Positions 54,048 through 63,922 of a DNA stretch of 64,000 nt are shown piece after piece. The stretch lies in IMG/VR virus record IMGVR_UViG_3300029996_000158; one strand, written 5' to 3'. This DNA is from a virus. Made by a program: the position numbers and the translations under genes. The stretch's first letter is position 1, and each line of letters begins with the position of its first letter. The notes under the pieces were generated by a model. The model was not told the DNA's origin. It searched no databases and saw only the letters and a program-made list of their open reading frames with translations.

Positions 54048-56405
54048 ATGGAAGATAGTGACAACATTTTACTTAATGGTACTGGTACTCCTTATGTAGC
54101 TATATTTGATAGTAAAAAGAATCCCATTATAGACTCAGTTAGTGGTTTACCCATTGGTGAACTAGTTTCATCATTTACTTATGTATATGATGAAGAAAGA
54201 GAAGATAATGGTAATATTCATATTATATGCAATAACCCAAATTTAGTAGCTCTACCAGCACTTGGGTATCAAATGAGTTTAAATCTACAATGGGGTTGGG
54301 TATTATCAGAATCATCAATTTTTTGTGGACCATTAAGGAAGGTTATTATAGTGGGGGTAAAGGTTGAGTTTACTAGTAATGGGGTAGAAATAGATTTAGA
54401 TATAGCTGACTCTTCCATTTTGTTAAAGAATACTCCCTCTAATTATTATAAAAATAATACCAAAGGGAAACTATTTTCAGAATATTTGAAATGTTTATTA
54501 TCTGGAGTACCACTTCCCTACGTATCTATAACTGATTATAGCTCTTCACAAATTGTTGAATATAAGAAGTTCTTTGCAGTTGTAAGTAAGGATAGAATAA
54601 CTGATTATGAATCTATATCAAAAGAAAATACAGTTGGTAATAGGTATATACTTGGTAATGGTAAAATGAGTAATATTAATGGAGTTCCTACATACCAATT
54701 CTTACCAAAAAATGAGTCAGTTAACCATAATGACCTTATTCCTATTGTGATTGTTGAATATGATAAAAATTCTAATGAGTCATATGATGAGTGGTATAAA
54801 AAGATGGATGATTTAGTTAAAAAATACCCAAGTGAATATGGGTATATAAATATTCAACAACCATATAATTATGCTAATATAATAAAGGGTACAAGTAAAA
54901 ATGTATGGTCCCAATTTTTAAATCTGGCAAACAATATACCAAATGGGCCATATTATATGGATGGTAGAGATGGTAAATTAGAAATTCATAATAGAAAGTA
55001 TAATAGGCCAATTTCTAAAATATACACCTATTATGGTGGTAATGGGGAGTTATTACATTTTTCAGTAGAATCCAAATTTATAAAAAAATCAGTATCAATA
55101 TCAAAGGGTTCTGAAATTTCCCCAGAAGATAAAAGTATAAAATCCAAATCCGAACAATTGGTGAATGTTGAAGAAAAAGTGTTATTTGTAAAAAATTCTT
55201 TTTTAAATACCACGTATGGTTTTATGCCCACAACAGGTGGTGGTACTAATATGTATTTTAATGATTCCAGAGAATTTAGTTATAATGAAAAATTATTACC
55301 TGATAAAAACCGTACATTTTCACAAAAAGTAAATAACCCAAATTCTGACCCAGAAGAAGAAAGGTATATGAAATTCTATGAAAATTTCCCAAAATATGAT
55401 AGTGTATCTGATGGGATAGATTCAAGATATAATGTATCTTTTACTAAAGAGGAACTTAAATCTTATAGAACCATATTAGAAAATAATTTTAATACTCTAT
55501 TAGAGCACAAAGAAGGTCTTAATTCAAATTCTTCAGAAAAATCTATATCTGAGGTATTACATGGAATAGTAGATAAATTGCCTCCGTTCCAAGTTAAAAG
55601 ACAATTTTTAGTAAAGTCATATAAAGATAGGCCATTAACGGATTATATGGGAAAAGCTAATTATCCAGTACAAGAATATCATGGGGGTTTTAATTTCGGA
55701 GGTATAGAAGATGAGAATGATGAACCCTATGGGTTAGTATTAAAAGAAATGAATATACCCCAAAATTCAAGTGGTAAATATGAATATTATGACCTTTATG
55801 AATTAACTTTTCAGGTAGATGGGTTTAAACTTATAAACCAAGGAGCATTGGATTCTGGAGTTGCTATGGGCAACGATTTAGAGAATAGCATTACAAATCA
55901 AATAACTGCTTCTGCTACTGTATTAGGAGACCCAACTATTGAATCTTCAATGAATTTCTTAATACAAAATGTATCTGATTTATATTCTGGTACTTGGTAT
56001 GCAAAAAAGATAACCCACAATATCAATTCTGGTAGTGGGTATACTTGTGATATAGAATTTGTACAGCAAAGTAAGGTTACTGAGAAAATAACAATAACCT
56101 CTGAAGTATCTACTACTTCAATGGTTAAACAAGTATTAGGTAATTTAGAAGAATACCGTAAAAATTTTACTACTGATAATCTATATAATGTAAGTTTAAG
56201 AGATGTTGCTGAAGTAAAATTAAAAGAAGAAAGGGAAAAATTCCCATTTGGTACCTTAGAAGCTGAGATAAAAGATGGAAAGGTAACTATTAGTAGGACT
56301 ATGACTGATGGTATTAAAGAATATGATTATCCCACCATTGATGGGGAAGATGATTGGAAAAGATTAAATGGTACAATGTTAACCCCAATGTCAGGAGTTT
56401 ATTAA
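54048..56405 (+). CDS. baseplate hub protein (P2 gpD / Mu gpP-like)
   Basis: 785 aa. C-terminal GTWYAKKITHNINSGSGYTCDIEF is typical of late-control-D family proteins. Position is consistent. Confidence 0.6.
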   Translation: MEDSDNILLNGTGTPYVAIFDSKKNPIIDSVSGLPIGELVSSFTYVYDEEREDNGNIHIICNNPNLVALPALGYQMSLNLQWGWVLSESSIFCGPLRKVIIVGVKVEFTSNGVEIDLDIADSSILLKNTPSNYYKNNTKGKLFSEYLKCLLSGVPLPYVSITDYSSSQIVEYKKFFAVVSKDRITDYESISKENTVGNRYILGNGKMSNINGVPTYQFLPKNESVNHNDLIPIVIVEYDKNSNESYDEWYKKMDDLVKKYPSEYGYINIQQPYNYANIIKGTSKNVWSQFLNLANNIPNGPYYMDGRDGKLEIHNRKYNRPISKIYTYYGGNGELLHFSVESKFIKKSVSISKGSEISPEDKSIKSKSEQLVNVEEKVLFVKNSFLNTTYGFMPTTGGGTNMYFNDSREFSYNEKLLPDKNRTFSQKVNNPNSDPEEERYMKFYENFPKYDSVSDGIDSRYNVSFTKEELKSYRTILENNFNTLLEHKEGLNSNSSEKSISEVLHGIVDKLPPFQVKRQFLVKSYKDRPLTDYMGKANYPVQEYHGGFNFGGIEDENDEPYGLVLKEMNIPQNSSGKYEYYDLYELTFQVDGFKLINQGALDSGVAMGNDLENSITNQITASATVLGDPTIESSMNFLIQNVSDLYSGTWYAKKITHNINSGSGYTCDIEFVQQSKVTEKITITSEVSTTSMVKQVLGNLEEYRKNFTTDNLYNVSLRDVAEVKLKEEREKFPFGTLEAEIKDGKVTISRTMTDGIKEYDYPTIDGEDDWKRLNGTMLTPMSGVY

Positions 56406-56407
56406 TT

Positions 56408-57046
56408 ATGGCAAGTATAGCTGAAATAATACAGAGATATGGAGTAGAGTACATTGGAAGATTCTATTCAACTTACCGTGGAGTAGTAATTGATAATGTA
56501 GATGATACTCATATGAATAAGCTAAGCCTATATATACCATCTATTCAAGGTGGTATGAATGTAGTAGCTTTACCCAAATTATCTGGTCTTGGTGGGGTAA
56601 ATTATGGGTTTAAATTAATAACCCCACATATTGGAGAAGTTGTATATGTTGAATTTGAAGGGGGTGACCCATTAAAACCTTTATGGTCCCCACATGGTTG
56701 GGCAAATGGGGAAACCCCAGAAGATTTAAAGGATAATAATTCAATAGGATTAGTTACCCCAGGAGGCAATAAAATATATATAAAAGATATTGATGGGGAA
56801 CTTTATATACAAACCAATTCCAAAGTAAACATCTCTATATTGGGTGGCCCAAGTTTAAAGATGACCCAAAAAGGTTTTACCTTTAACTTTGGTGATGATT
56901 TTAGTTTAAAGAAAACTCTTGTTCAAATATTAGATGCTATACTTCAATTAACAGTAACTACTGGAGTTGGTCCTTCTGGTACCCCAATAAATGCTCAAAC
57001 TTTTATTGATATTAAAAATTCACTTGATAATTATTTGGAGGAGTAA
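56408..57046 (+). CDS. baseplate spike / assembly protein V-like
   Basis: YRGVVIDNVDD..GEVVYVEFEGGDPLKPLW is an OB-fold gpV motif. ATG 56408 is preferred over 56354. Confidence 0.7.
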   Translation: MASIAEIIQRYGVEYIGRFYSTYRGVVIDNVDDTHMNKLSLYIPSIQGGMNVVALPKLSGLGGVNYGFKLITPHIGEVVYVEFEGGDPLKPLWSPHGWANGETPEDLKDNNSIGLVTPGGNKIYIKDIDGELYIQTNSKVNISILGGPSLKMTQKGFTFNFGDDFSLKKTLVQILDAILQLTVTTGVGPSGTPINAQTFIDIKNSLDNYLEE

Positions 57047-57052
57047 AAAGAT

Positions 57053-57271
57053 ATGTTAGTAAAACAAACAATAAAGACAGAAATAAAATCTGCATTCACT
57101 GAAGTAATGGACCAATCAGATGATGATAGAGAAGGAGCATTGGATAAAGTATCTGATAAATTAGCAGATGCTATTATTAATGCTATTAAAAGTGCAACCA
57201 TTACATATACTACTGGTCTAGTAACTACAATGGGTCCAGTAACTGGTACATTTGGTAATACAATATCTTAA
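57053..57271 (+). CDS. small baseplate-module protein
   Basis: 72-aa ORF between the V-like and W-like genes. Confidence 0.5.
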   Translation: MLVKQTIKTEIKSAFTEVMDQSDDDREGALDKVSDKLADAIINAIKSATITYTTGLVTTMGPVTGTFGNTIS

Positions 57272-57283
57272 TAATTTAGTATT

Positions 57284-57754
57284 ATGAATCTAGAACAACT
57301 CAACTATATAGGAACTGGTCCATATTTTCCCATAAAATTAACTACAGTATTAGATGAGAATGGGAACCCAGAACAAGTTGTACAACCAGATGGTACAATA
57401 GTAAATAAAATCTCTTGGAGAAATCTAGAAGGAGGTATTAATCTTATAAAACAAAACCTTACTTCTCTTTTCACATATCAATTAGGTCAAAGGATAAGGC
57501 AAGAATATTTTGGGTCTAGAGTATGGGAGTGTATTGAAGAACAAAATACTCAAGCCTTATCCTTTATGATAAAAACCTTTGTGAAAAACTCCATAATTTC
57601 TTGGGAACCAAGGATAACAGCTTTGGATGTTCAATCAGAAAGGGTATATGATAAAATCCATATACAAATTAGGTTTGCAATTCAAAATCAAACTGCAGTA
57701 AGTGAATTAAATTTTGAATATAATCCATCAAATAATACCATCAATGTCAACTAG
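57284..57754 (+). CDS. baseplate wedge protein (gpW / T4 gp25-like)
   Basis: Size and the ISWEPRI motif; gene order V-W-J. Confidence 0.7.
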   Translation: MNLEQLNYIGTGPYFPIKLTTVLDENGNPEQVVQPDGTIVNKISWRNLEGGINLIKQNLTSLFTYQLGQRIRQEYFGSRVWECIEEQNTQALSFMIKTFVKNSIISWEPRITALDVQSERVYDKIHIQIRFAIQNQTAVSELNFEYNPSNNTINVN

Positions 57755-59504
57755 TAACAATTGGTTAAATCCTTATCAAAGGTCTTTTAATGATATTAAA
57801 GCTAAATTAATATCCGAATTAAGATTACAAATCCCAGAAATAACCGATTATAGTGAAGGGAATATATTTGTAATCATTATATCCATTTTTGCAGCTATTG
57901 CAGAAGTAATTCATTATTATATTGATAATATGGCAAGAGAAGCATTTCTTCCAACTGCTAGAAGATATTCTTCTTTATATAAACATGCCAAATTAGTTGA
58001 TTATCATATTAAATCTGCAATTCCTGCTACAGTAGATGTTATTTTATATAAAAATGACAATACTCCAATTGGTCAGGATATAACAATCCCCTTAAATACA
58101 GAATTTACATCTTCAGATGGTAAAACCTGGATATCTACAAAAACTGTTATTTGGTATAAAGATTCATATTATGTAACTATACCATTAATACAACAAAAAT
58201 TAGTAGGGGAACCTGATAGAATTCAATTAGGAAATATCCTATCACCAGATTCCATAATATATATAACTGATATACCCTCAGACCAAAAATATACTGAGGG
58301 TTCAATGAACTTATATATTAATGATGAACCCTGGATTTTGGTAAATACCTTTGCCTATTCTTCTTCAAGAGATAAGGTATTTAAGGTAGAGGTAGATGAA
58401 CAACTTAGACCATACATAAAATTTGGAGATGGTCAATTTGGTATGAAGCCAGAATATAATGCAACTGTCCAAGCTTCATATTCATTAACTTATGGTTCAG
58501 CTGGTAATATAGCTACCAATAATTTTACTACTGTACCACAAAATATTCAAATCATAGATAGTAAGATTATAATTAACAATGTAATCCCAGCTACTGGTGG
58601 TTCTGATTATGAAACCTTTAATATGTTAAAAAACCATATCCCATTATCAATAAAAACTCTTGGGGTAGCAATTACCAAAGAAGATTTTGAGGCTATTGCT
58701 AAAATGGTAGGAGGAGTAGATAAAGCTTATGCAAATTATGTTTGTGGAAGATATGTAGAAATTTATATAACCCCAGATGGTGGAGGGGAAGCTTCTAGTG
58801 CATTATTAGATTCTGTTGAAAAAACAATATCCAAAAGTAAAGTAATTACTACTAGCATAGAAGTATTATCTACCCATAAATCCCAGGTATTTTTGGATAT
58901 GACCATAACTGGAAAAAAATCATTTAAATCCAATGATATCTCAAATCAAGTAAAGAAAGCTTTAACAACAGCTTATGATTATAACAATTCTGATATAAAT
59001 AAACCAGTAAGGTTATCAGATATATATGCTTTAGTTGATAATCAGAGTATGGTAGATTATTTAACTATAAATAGGTTATATCAATTACCATATCCTGAAC
59101 CCCAAAAAGCAACCAATCTACCATTGAATATAACCTACTTTGTTCAAAATGTTAATCCTAAAAGTGATTCAGGTACCCAATATATTGTACAAGTAAACAC
59201 ATTCTTTGGAAATAAGCATTATGATGTTGTAATATTATATTATTTTGAAGATGACTCTGGAAATAATAGAGTATTAGCAGCTGGTAATTATGGTGAATTA
59301 TTAAGTGTGAATGATATAATAGGTACCAATGAGCTTTTATTCCAAATCACCATTAATAAACCATCAGAGGAATTAGATTATGAGCAGGGTAGTAGATATA
59401 CCTTAAATATACTACCTATGAATCAGGATTTATATCCATTATCATATCAGATTCCAATTATAGAAAATCAAAATATAACCCTATCAATAAATGAAGTCGT
59501 TTAA
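57744..59504 (+). CDS. baseplate J-like protein
   Basis: About 590 aa following the W-like gene. ATG 57744 gives an 11-nt overlap; the track start is 57714. Confidence 0.65.
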   Translation: MSTSNNWLNPYQRSFNDIKAKLISELRLQIPEITDYSEGNIFVIIISIFAAIAEVIHYYIDNMAREAFLPTARRYSSLYKHAKLVDYHIKSAIPATVDVILYKNDNTPIGQDITIPLNTEFTSSDGKTWISTKTVIWYKDSYYVTIPLIQQKLVGEPDRIQLGNILSPDSIIYITDIPSDQKYTEGSMNLYINDEPWILVNTFAYSSSRDKVFKVEVDEQLRPYIKFGDGQFGMKPEYNATVQASYSLTYGSAGNIATNNFTTVPQNIQIIDSKIIINNVIPATGGSDYETFNMLKNHIPLSIKTLGVAITKEDFEAIAKMVGGVDKAYANYVCGRYVEIYITPDGGGEASSALLDSVEKTISKSKVITTSIEVLSTHKSQVFLDMTITGKKSFKSNDISNQVKKALTTAYDYNNSDINKPVRLSDIYALVDNQSMVDYLTINRLYQLPYPEPQKATNLPLNITYFVQNVNPKSDSGTQYIVQVNTFFGNKHYDVVILYYFEDDSGNNRVLAAGNYGELLSVNDIIGTNELLFQITINKPSEELDYEQGSRYTLNILPMNQDLYPLSYQIPIIENQNITLSINEVV

Positions 59505-60303
59505 AAGTTTTAAGCAATGGGTATTTCCTAATCTATTCCCAGCTTATTATAAGGATTACGATACTTATAAAGACAAAGATGGGAAAGGTATTTTGGAAAG
59601 ATTCATAGAGGTATGTTCAAATTATCTTGATACTGATATTACACCAGATATAGATAATTTCATGGATATACTAGATGTGGATGTTACCCCTGATATATTT
59701 CTGAATTATTTTTGGGAATATTTTGATTATATACCCTATGCTTATGGGGTATTAGTAAAAGGTACACCTTTTACTAAAGAAAATGTAGCTAGTTGGTTAA
59801 ATACTCCTCAGGGATTTCCAAAAGCAGATACTAGAAGCATTTTAAAATATGCAATATCTTTATATAAAATAAGATGTACCCAAGATTTTTATACAGTACT
59901 TGGTAGATTTTATGGAGTAAGATTCGAATTAGAAGAAATTCTATTCGAGGACGGATATAGTCCCAAACCCAATGACTCTGGTGTTAACTATAGACTTATA
60001 GGCGCTGTATTCGAGGACGTAATAAGTACTTATAGTGGAGATAATGGGTATTATGGTGATTGGAAAGGATTATATCCATATGGGGATTGTACATCATGTA
60101 CTACTATAAAAGCTCATATCTATGTTCCAAAAGGTATGTATGATGCTATTCAAGATAATATTGATAGTGTAAAAAATGCTTTTGTCAATTTACTCAATAA
60201 GTATATACCCATAAATGTAAAACCATTTACTTTAGATACCATAGAATTAATTTCAGAAATACCAACAATTATACCAATAGAAATAGAATCCCAACAAAAT
60301 TGA
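59491..60303 (+). CDS. baseplate/tail protein in the P2 gpI position
   Basis: 14-nt overlap with the J-like gene; assigned by position only. Confidence 0.4.
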   Translation: MKSFKSFKQWVFPNLFPAYYKDYDTYKDKDGKGILERFIEVCSNYLDTDITPDIDNFMDILDVDVTPDIFLNYFWEYFDYIPYAYGVLVKGTPFTKENVASWLNTPQGFPKADTRSILKYAISLYKIRCTQDFYTVLGRFYGVRFELEEILFEDGYSPKPNDSGVNYRLIGAVFEDVISTYSGDNGYYGDWKGLYPYGDCTSCTTIKAHIYVPKGMYDAIQDNIDSVKNAFVNLLNKYIPINVKPFTLDTIELISEIPTIIPIEIESQQN

Positions 60304-60310
60304 CCCAATC

Positions 60311-60943
60311 ATGTTATCAATCCTACTTCAAACTGAAAACCTTAACAATTTAACTGAATCAGTTAATAAAGTTACTGATTCCTCTATTAGAATTGCCCAA
60401 GCTGCAAATGACTTTGGTGCATTAAGAGTAGCTTTTGGTGTATTTATGATTTTTATAATCATAATTGTAATATTGTTTATATGGCAAATATTTGTATTAT
60501 CTGGCAAATTGAATACCATATATGGAGCAGCTATTAAAACCACTGAATACTTTGAAACCTCTGCAGAAGGAGATATTGGACCTTCACAAGCCCAAGTAAT
60601 AGTAAGAAGAAATTTTAATAGCTTAAGTCAAGCAATTAAATATTACATTCTTAGAATAAGGCTAGAAAACCATATAGACGATAAAAATAAAATAAAAGTA
60701 AAAATAGATATGTTAGTTAGAAATGAATTTTCAGAACTAACCACATATCTATCAAACTTTAAGTGTAATAAAAAGGTTTTAAGTTTTATAGTAGAAGATG
60801 ATGATATTCAAATGGTTGAAGATTTTATTTTTGAACAGGTATATATACCAAAAAATGATTTTACCATATCCAATATGGACCAATCAACCTCTATATTTAT
60901 AAATGGTCTAAAGCTTTCATATATTAAGAAAATACCACAATGA
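60311..60943 (+). CDS. single-pass membrane protein (holin or lysis-accessory candidate)
   Basis: Hydrophobic segment AFGVFMIFIIIIVILFIWQIFVL; ATGA overlap with the amidase gene. Confidence 0.4.
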   Translation: MLSILLQTENLNNLTESVNKVTDSSIRIAQAANDFGALRVAFGVFMIFIIIIVILFIWQIFVLSGKLNTIYGAAIKTTEYFETSAEGDIGPSQAQVIVRRNFNSLSQAIKYYILRIRLENHIDDKNKIKVKIDMLVRNEFSELTTYLSNFKCNKKVLSFIVEDDDIQMVEDFIFEQVYIPKNDFTISNMDQSTSIFINGLKLSYIKKIPQ

Positions 60944-61536
60944 GAAAATTGATAGTTATATTAGACCCAGCACATGGGTCAGATGTAAAAGGTAAACGTT
61001 CACCAGATGGTACCCATTTAGAATATATATGGAGTAGAGAAATATGCAAAAAACTAAAAGATAGGCTTATCCTAAATGATTTTAGGGTTAAATATACAAA
61101 TGAAACAGAAAATGAAATAGGCTTATCAAAGAGAAAAGAAATTGCAAATAATATAAAATCAAGTCCTGGTGAATATAAATTTCTAGTAAGTTTGCATAAT
61201 AATGCTGCTGGGGATGGTACCCAATGGTTAAATGCAAAAGGGTTTGAAATTTATACTTCAAAGGGGCAAACCATTTCTGATAAATTTGCAACCATTATTT
61301 TTAATAATTTAAAAAAGGATTTTCCCGGTATAAATGCAAGAGCAGATTATATTGATGGTGACCCAGATAAGGAAAGTAATTTCACAGTATTAATGGGAAA
61401 CTATTATGCTGTTCTAATAGAATGGTTATTCCAGGATAATAAAGAAGAAGTAATACTTCTAAAAGATAAAACCATTAATTCCAGGTTAGTGGATTCTTTG
61501 GTAAATTCACTGATAGAAATAGATGAACAATTATAA
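60940..61536 (+). CDS. N-acetylmuramoyl-L-alanine amidase (endolysin)
   Basis: VILDPAHGSDVKGKRSPDG and SLHNNAAG are Amidase_3-type motifs. Confidence 0.75.
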   Translation: MRKLIVILDPAHGSDVKGKRSPDGTHLEYIWSREICKKLKDRLILNDFRVKYTNETENEIGLSKRKEIANNIKSSPGEYKFLVSLHNNAAGDGTQWLNAKGFEIYTSKGQTISDKFATIIFNNLKKDFPGINARADYIDGDPDKESNFTVLMGNYYAVLIEWLFQDNKEEVILLKDKTINSRLVDSLVNSLIEIDEQL

Positions 61537-61570
61537 CTCATTCTTTTGTTACCATAGTTGAGTTGATGGT

Positions 61571-61605
61571 GAGGGTAATTTGGGTGACCAAGTTGCCCTC
61601 TTTTA
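61571..61605 (+). terminator. strong hairpin terminator between convergent genes
   Basis: GAGGGTAATTTGG-GTGA-CCAAGTTGCCCTC forms a 13-bp stem with a tetraloop, followed by TTTTA. Confidence 0.8.
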
Positions 61606-62277
61606 GCGTTTAGAAAAATGTTCCTTTGCTTCTTTAATTGTATTCTTAATATGGGTTCTCATATTGCTTATATAATCAGCTGCTCTTTGTGTTTTTGGTA
61701 ATTCAAAGTATTCAATTAAATTCAAGGTTGATAATTTACCATGAGCTTCTTTCATTTTTTCTTTGAGAAACATTGGAGGGTCCAATTCTGTAACAAATAT
61801 CAGATATTCATCAGGGGTTAATTTTTCTCTCATATATTCATGGAGCATATTAGAGAAATTATTTTCTTCTGGTTCATTTTCAATAATATCCTTTTCTTGG
61901 TTATCATCTTTATCTTCTTTACTATTATCAAATAATTCCTCAAATGAAGTTAATTCTTGATTAAATTCTGCTTGTCTAGTATAAGCATTCCTAAGTAATT
62001 TGTTCTTAAAAATTTGTAAAGAAGTTATTAATGTAGCTTTTAATCTATCTTCGGTATATTTATCCTGATATTTATTATATACATATAAGAATTTATCCCA
62101 AAAATAACTTTGAATTATATCTTGACTAACATTGAATCTTCTAGAATCAATATTTTTAGATAGCTTTTTAATTAGTGGTTTACAGATTTTATACATTCTT
62201 TCAAATTCTTCCCTGTTATAATGGGTAAATTCTTTTATCCTATGAATTTCTGAACCATTAGTACCTTGTTTACTCAT
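61603..62277 (-). CDS. sigma-70-family (ECF-like) RNA polymerase sigma factor candidate
   Basis: Region-2-like FERMYKICKPLIKKL..SQDIIQSYFWDKF and a C-terminal HTH-like segment. A host-type -7 box lies upstream. Confidence 0.5.
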   Translation of the reverse strand: MSKQGTNGSEIHRIKEFTHYNREEFERMYKICKPLIKKLSKNIDSRRFNVSQDIIQSYFWDKFLYVYNKYQDKYTEDRLKATLITSLQIFKNKLLRNAYTRQAEFNQELTSFEELFDNSKEDKDDNQEKDIIENEPEENNFSNMLHEYMREKLTPDEYLIFVTELDPPMFLKEKMKEAHGKLSTLNLIEYFELPKTQRAADYISNMRTHIKNTIKEAKEHFSKR

Positions 62278-62302
62278 AACTTAATAGATTAATTATTTAA
62301 CA

Positions 62303-62313
62303 ATGCAAATATA
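62303..62313 (-). promoter_or_regulatory. -7 box TAtaTTTGcat on the minus strand upstream of the sigma-like gene
   Basis: The reverse complement of 62303-62313 reads TATATTTGCAT, about 26 nt upstream of the start at 62277. Confidence 0.5.
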
Positions 62314-62443
62314 TATAATAATTTTATCACTTGTATGAAAATATATCAACTTTTTCACCCTATGTGTTGATTTTTATAAAATTGAAATATAAATGAATCT
62401 AGAAAAGACTACTCATAGATACAACTTTCATATATGTAAAGAC

Positions 62444-63922
62444 ATGGCAACTAAATTTAAAAAGAAAATTAATCAGAGTGATAAATTCACTTTTACCATT
62501 GACTTCCAACTAGAAGTTTTAAGGTTCCTAATACAAAATAAGGAATCAGTTTTAATTATTCAAAAAATAAAACCAGGTTACTTTACTCTAATAGAACATT
62601 CAATAATAATGGAATCATTATTGAAGTTTCATAGAAAATATGGAAAGTTACCAAGTGAAACCTTGTTAAAAGAAACCTGTAACTCATTATTAAGTGGTAA
62701 GGACTTTGTTGATTTAGTTACTAAGGAAGATATCCCAAATATTAATAGGATAATAAATAACCTATATTCAATACCATTAAGGGATTCAGATGTTATAAAG
62801 GAGAACATATTTAAGTTCATAGCTTATATAGAAATGAAAACCCTAAATGAATCCATGGATTTCACTAATTTTAATCTATATGAGGATTACCAAAATAAGG
62901 TATCAAAAATAATCAGGAATTCAAAACCTCAGAAAAAAGATGAACCATTATATATGGTTGGTGGAACAGTGAAAAGACAATTAATGAGAAGAGTTGACCC
63001 AGATATAATCCCCACTCCATACTGGCAATTAAATAACCTATCAAATGGTGGAGGATATTCTAAGGGTAGTATATTTGTAATATTAGATAAACCAAAAGCC
63101 AAGAAAACATTTGCATTAATAAATATATCAAGAGGATATCTTACCATGAAAAAGAATGTATTATATATTGATACTGAAAATGGTAAGAATCAAATCATGG
63201 AGAGAATGGTCCAATCAACTCTTAATAAAACCAAAAAAGAAATTGTATCTGGTGAACAAGATAAACTTGAACAGAGACATATGAGAAAATATAAAAGGTT
63301 AGGGGTTGAATTTATAGTAGAAAGGGTTCCTGCTCTAGTATCAGATGCAAATGTTATTAAAGGTATAATAAAGAAAATAGAAGCAGATACTGGAATAAAG
63401 ATTCACATATTAATGATTGATTATGCAGCTAAATTAGCTTCTATATCAAAAGATAAAGATGATACTGAACGTATAAATAATGTTTATATAGATTTGGATA
63501 ATCTGGCTTCAGAATTGGAATTAGAAGCAATTTGGACTGCACAACATGTAAAAAGGGAAGCATCAAAAAGAAAAGGTACTAGATATGAGGATAATGATAT
63601 TGCAAGTGCCATATCAATAATAAGAAATGCCCAATGTATTATTGGTTTAAATTCCACTGATGATGAAGAAGAACATGGGATTCAAAGAATGGAGATTGTA
63701 GTACAAAGAGATGGTAAATCCCATGGTAGATGTTTATTTAATTTTGATAGTGATAGGCAAAGATGGAAAGAGTTTTCAAGGGAAGCTAGGGAGAAATATG
63801 ATAAAACTCTTGGTAAAACTGTAGATGAAATGATTAAAAAAGAATCAACCAATGGGGTAGTAAAAAAATCAAATCCAATAGCAGACCCAGAAAAAGCAAA
63901 TCATAAAGGAGGAGATATTTAA
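62444..63922 (+). CDS. DnaB-like replicative helicase
   Basis: DnaB N-domain-like FQLEVLRFLIQNKESVL. RecA-fold motifs ILDKPKAKKTFAL (atypical Walker A), LMIDYA and IWTAQHVKRE. ATG 62444 (MATKFKKK) is preferred over 62393. Confidence 0.6.
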   Translation: MATKFKKKINQSDKFTFTIDFQLEVLRFLIQNKESVLIIQKIKPGYFTLIEHSIIMESLLKFHRKYGKLPSETLLKETCNSLLSGKDFVDLVTKEDIPNINRIINNLYSIPLRDSDVIKENIFKFIAYIEMKTLNESMDFTNFNLYEDYQNKVSKIIRNSKPQKKDEPLYMVGGTVKRQLMRRVDPDIIPTPYWQLNNLSNGGGYSKGSIFVILDKPKAKKTFALINISRGYLTMKKNVLYIDTENGKNQIMERMVQSTLNKTKKEIVSGEQDKLEQRHMRKYKRLGVEFIVERVPALVSDANVIKGIIKKIEADTGIKIHILMIDYAAKLASISKDKDDTERINNVYIDLDNLASELELEAIWTAQHVKREASKRKGTRYEDNDIASAISIIRNAQCIIGLNSTDDEEEHGIQRMEIVVQRDGKSHGRCLFNFDSDRQRWKEFSREAREKYDKTLGKTVDEMIKKESTNGVVKKSNPIADPEKANHKGGDI

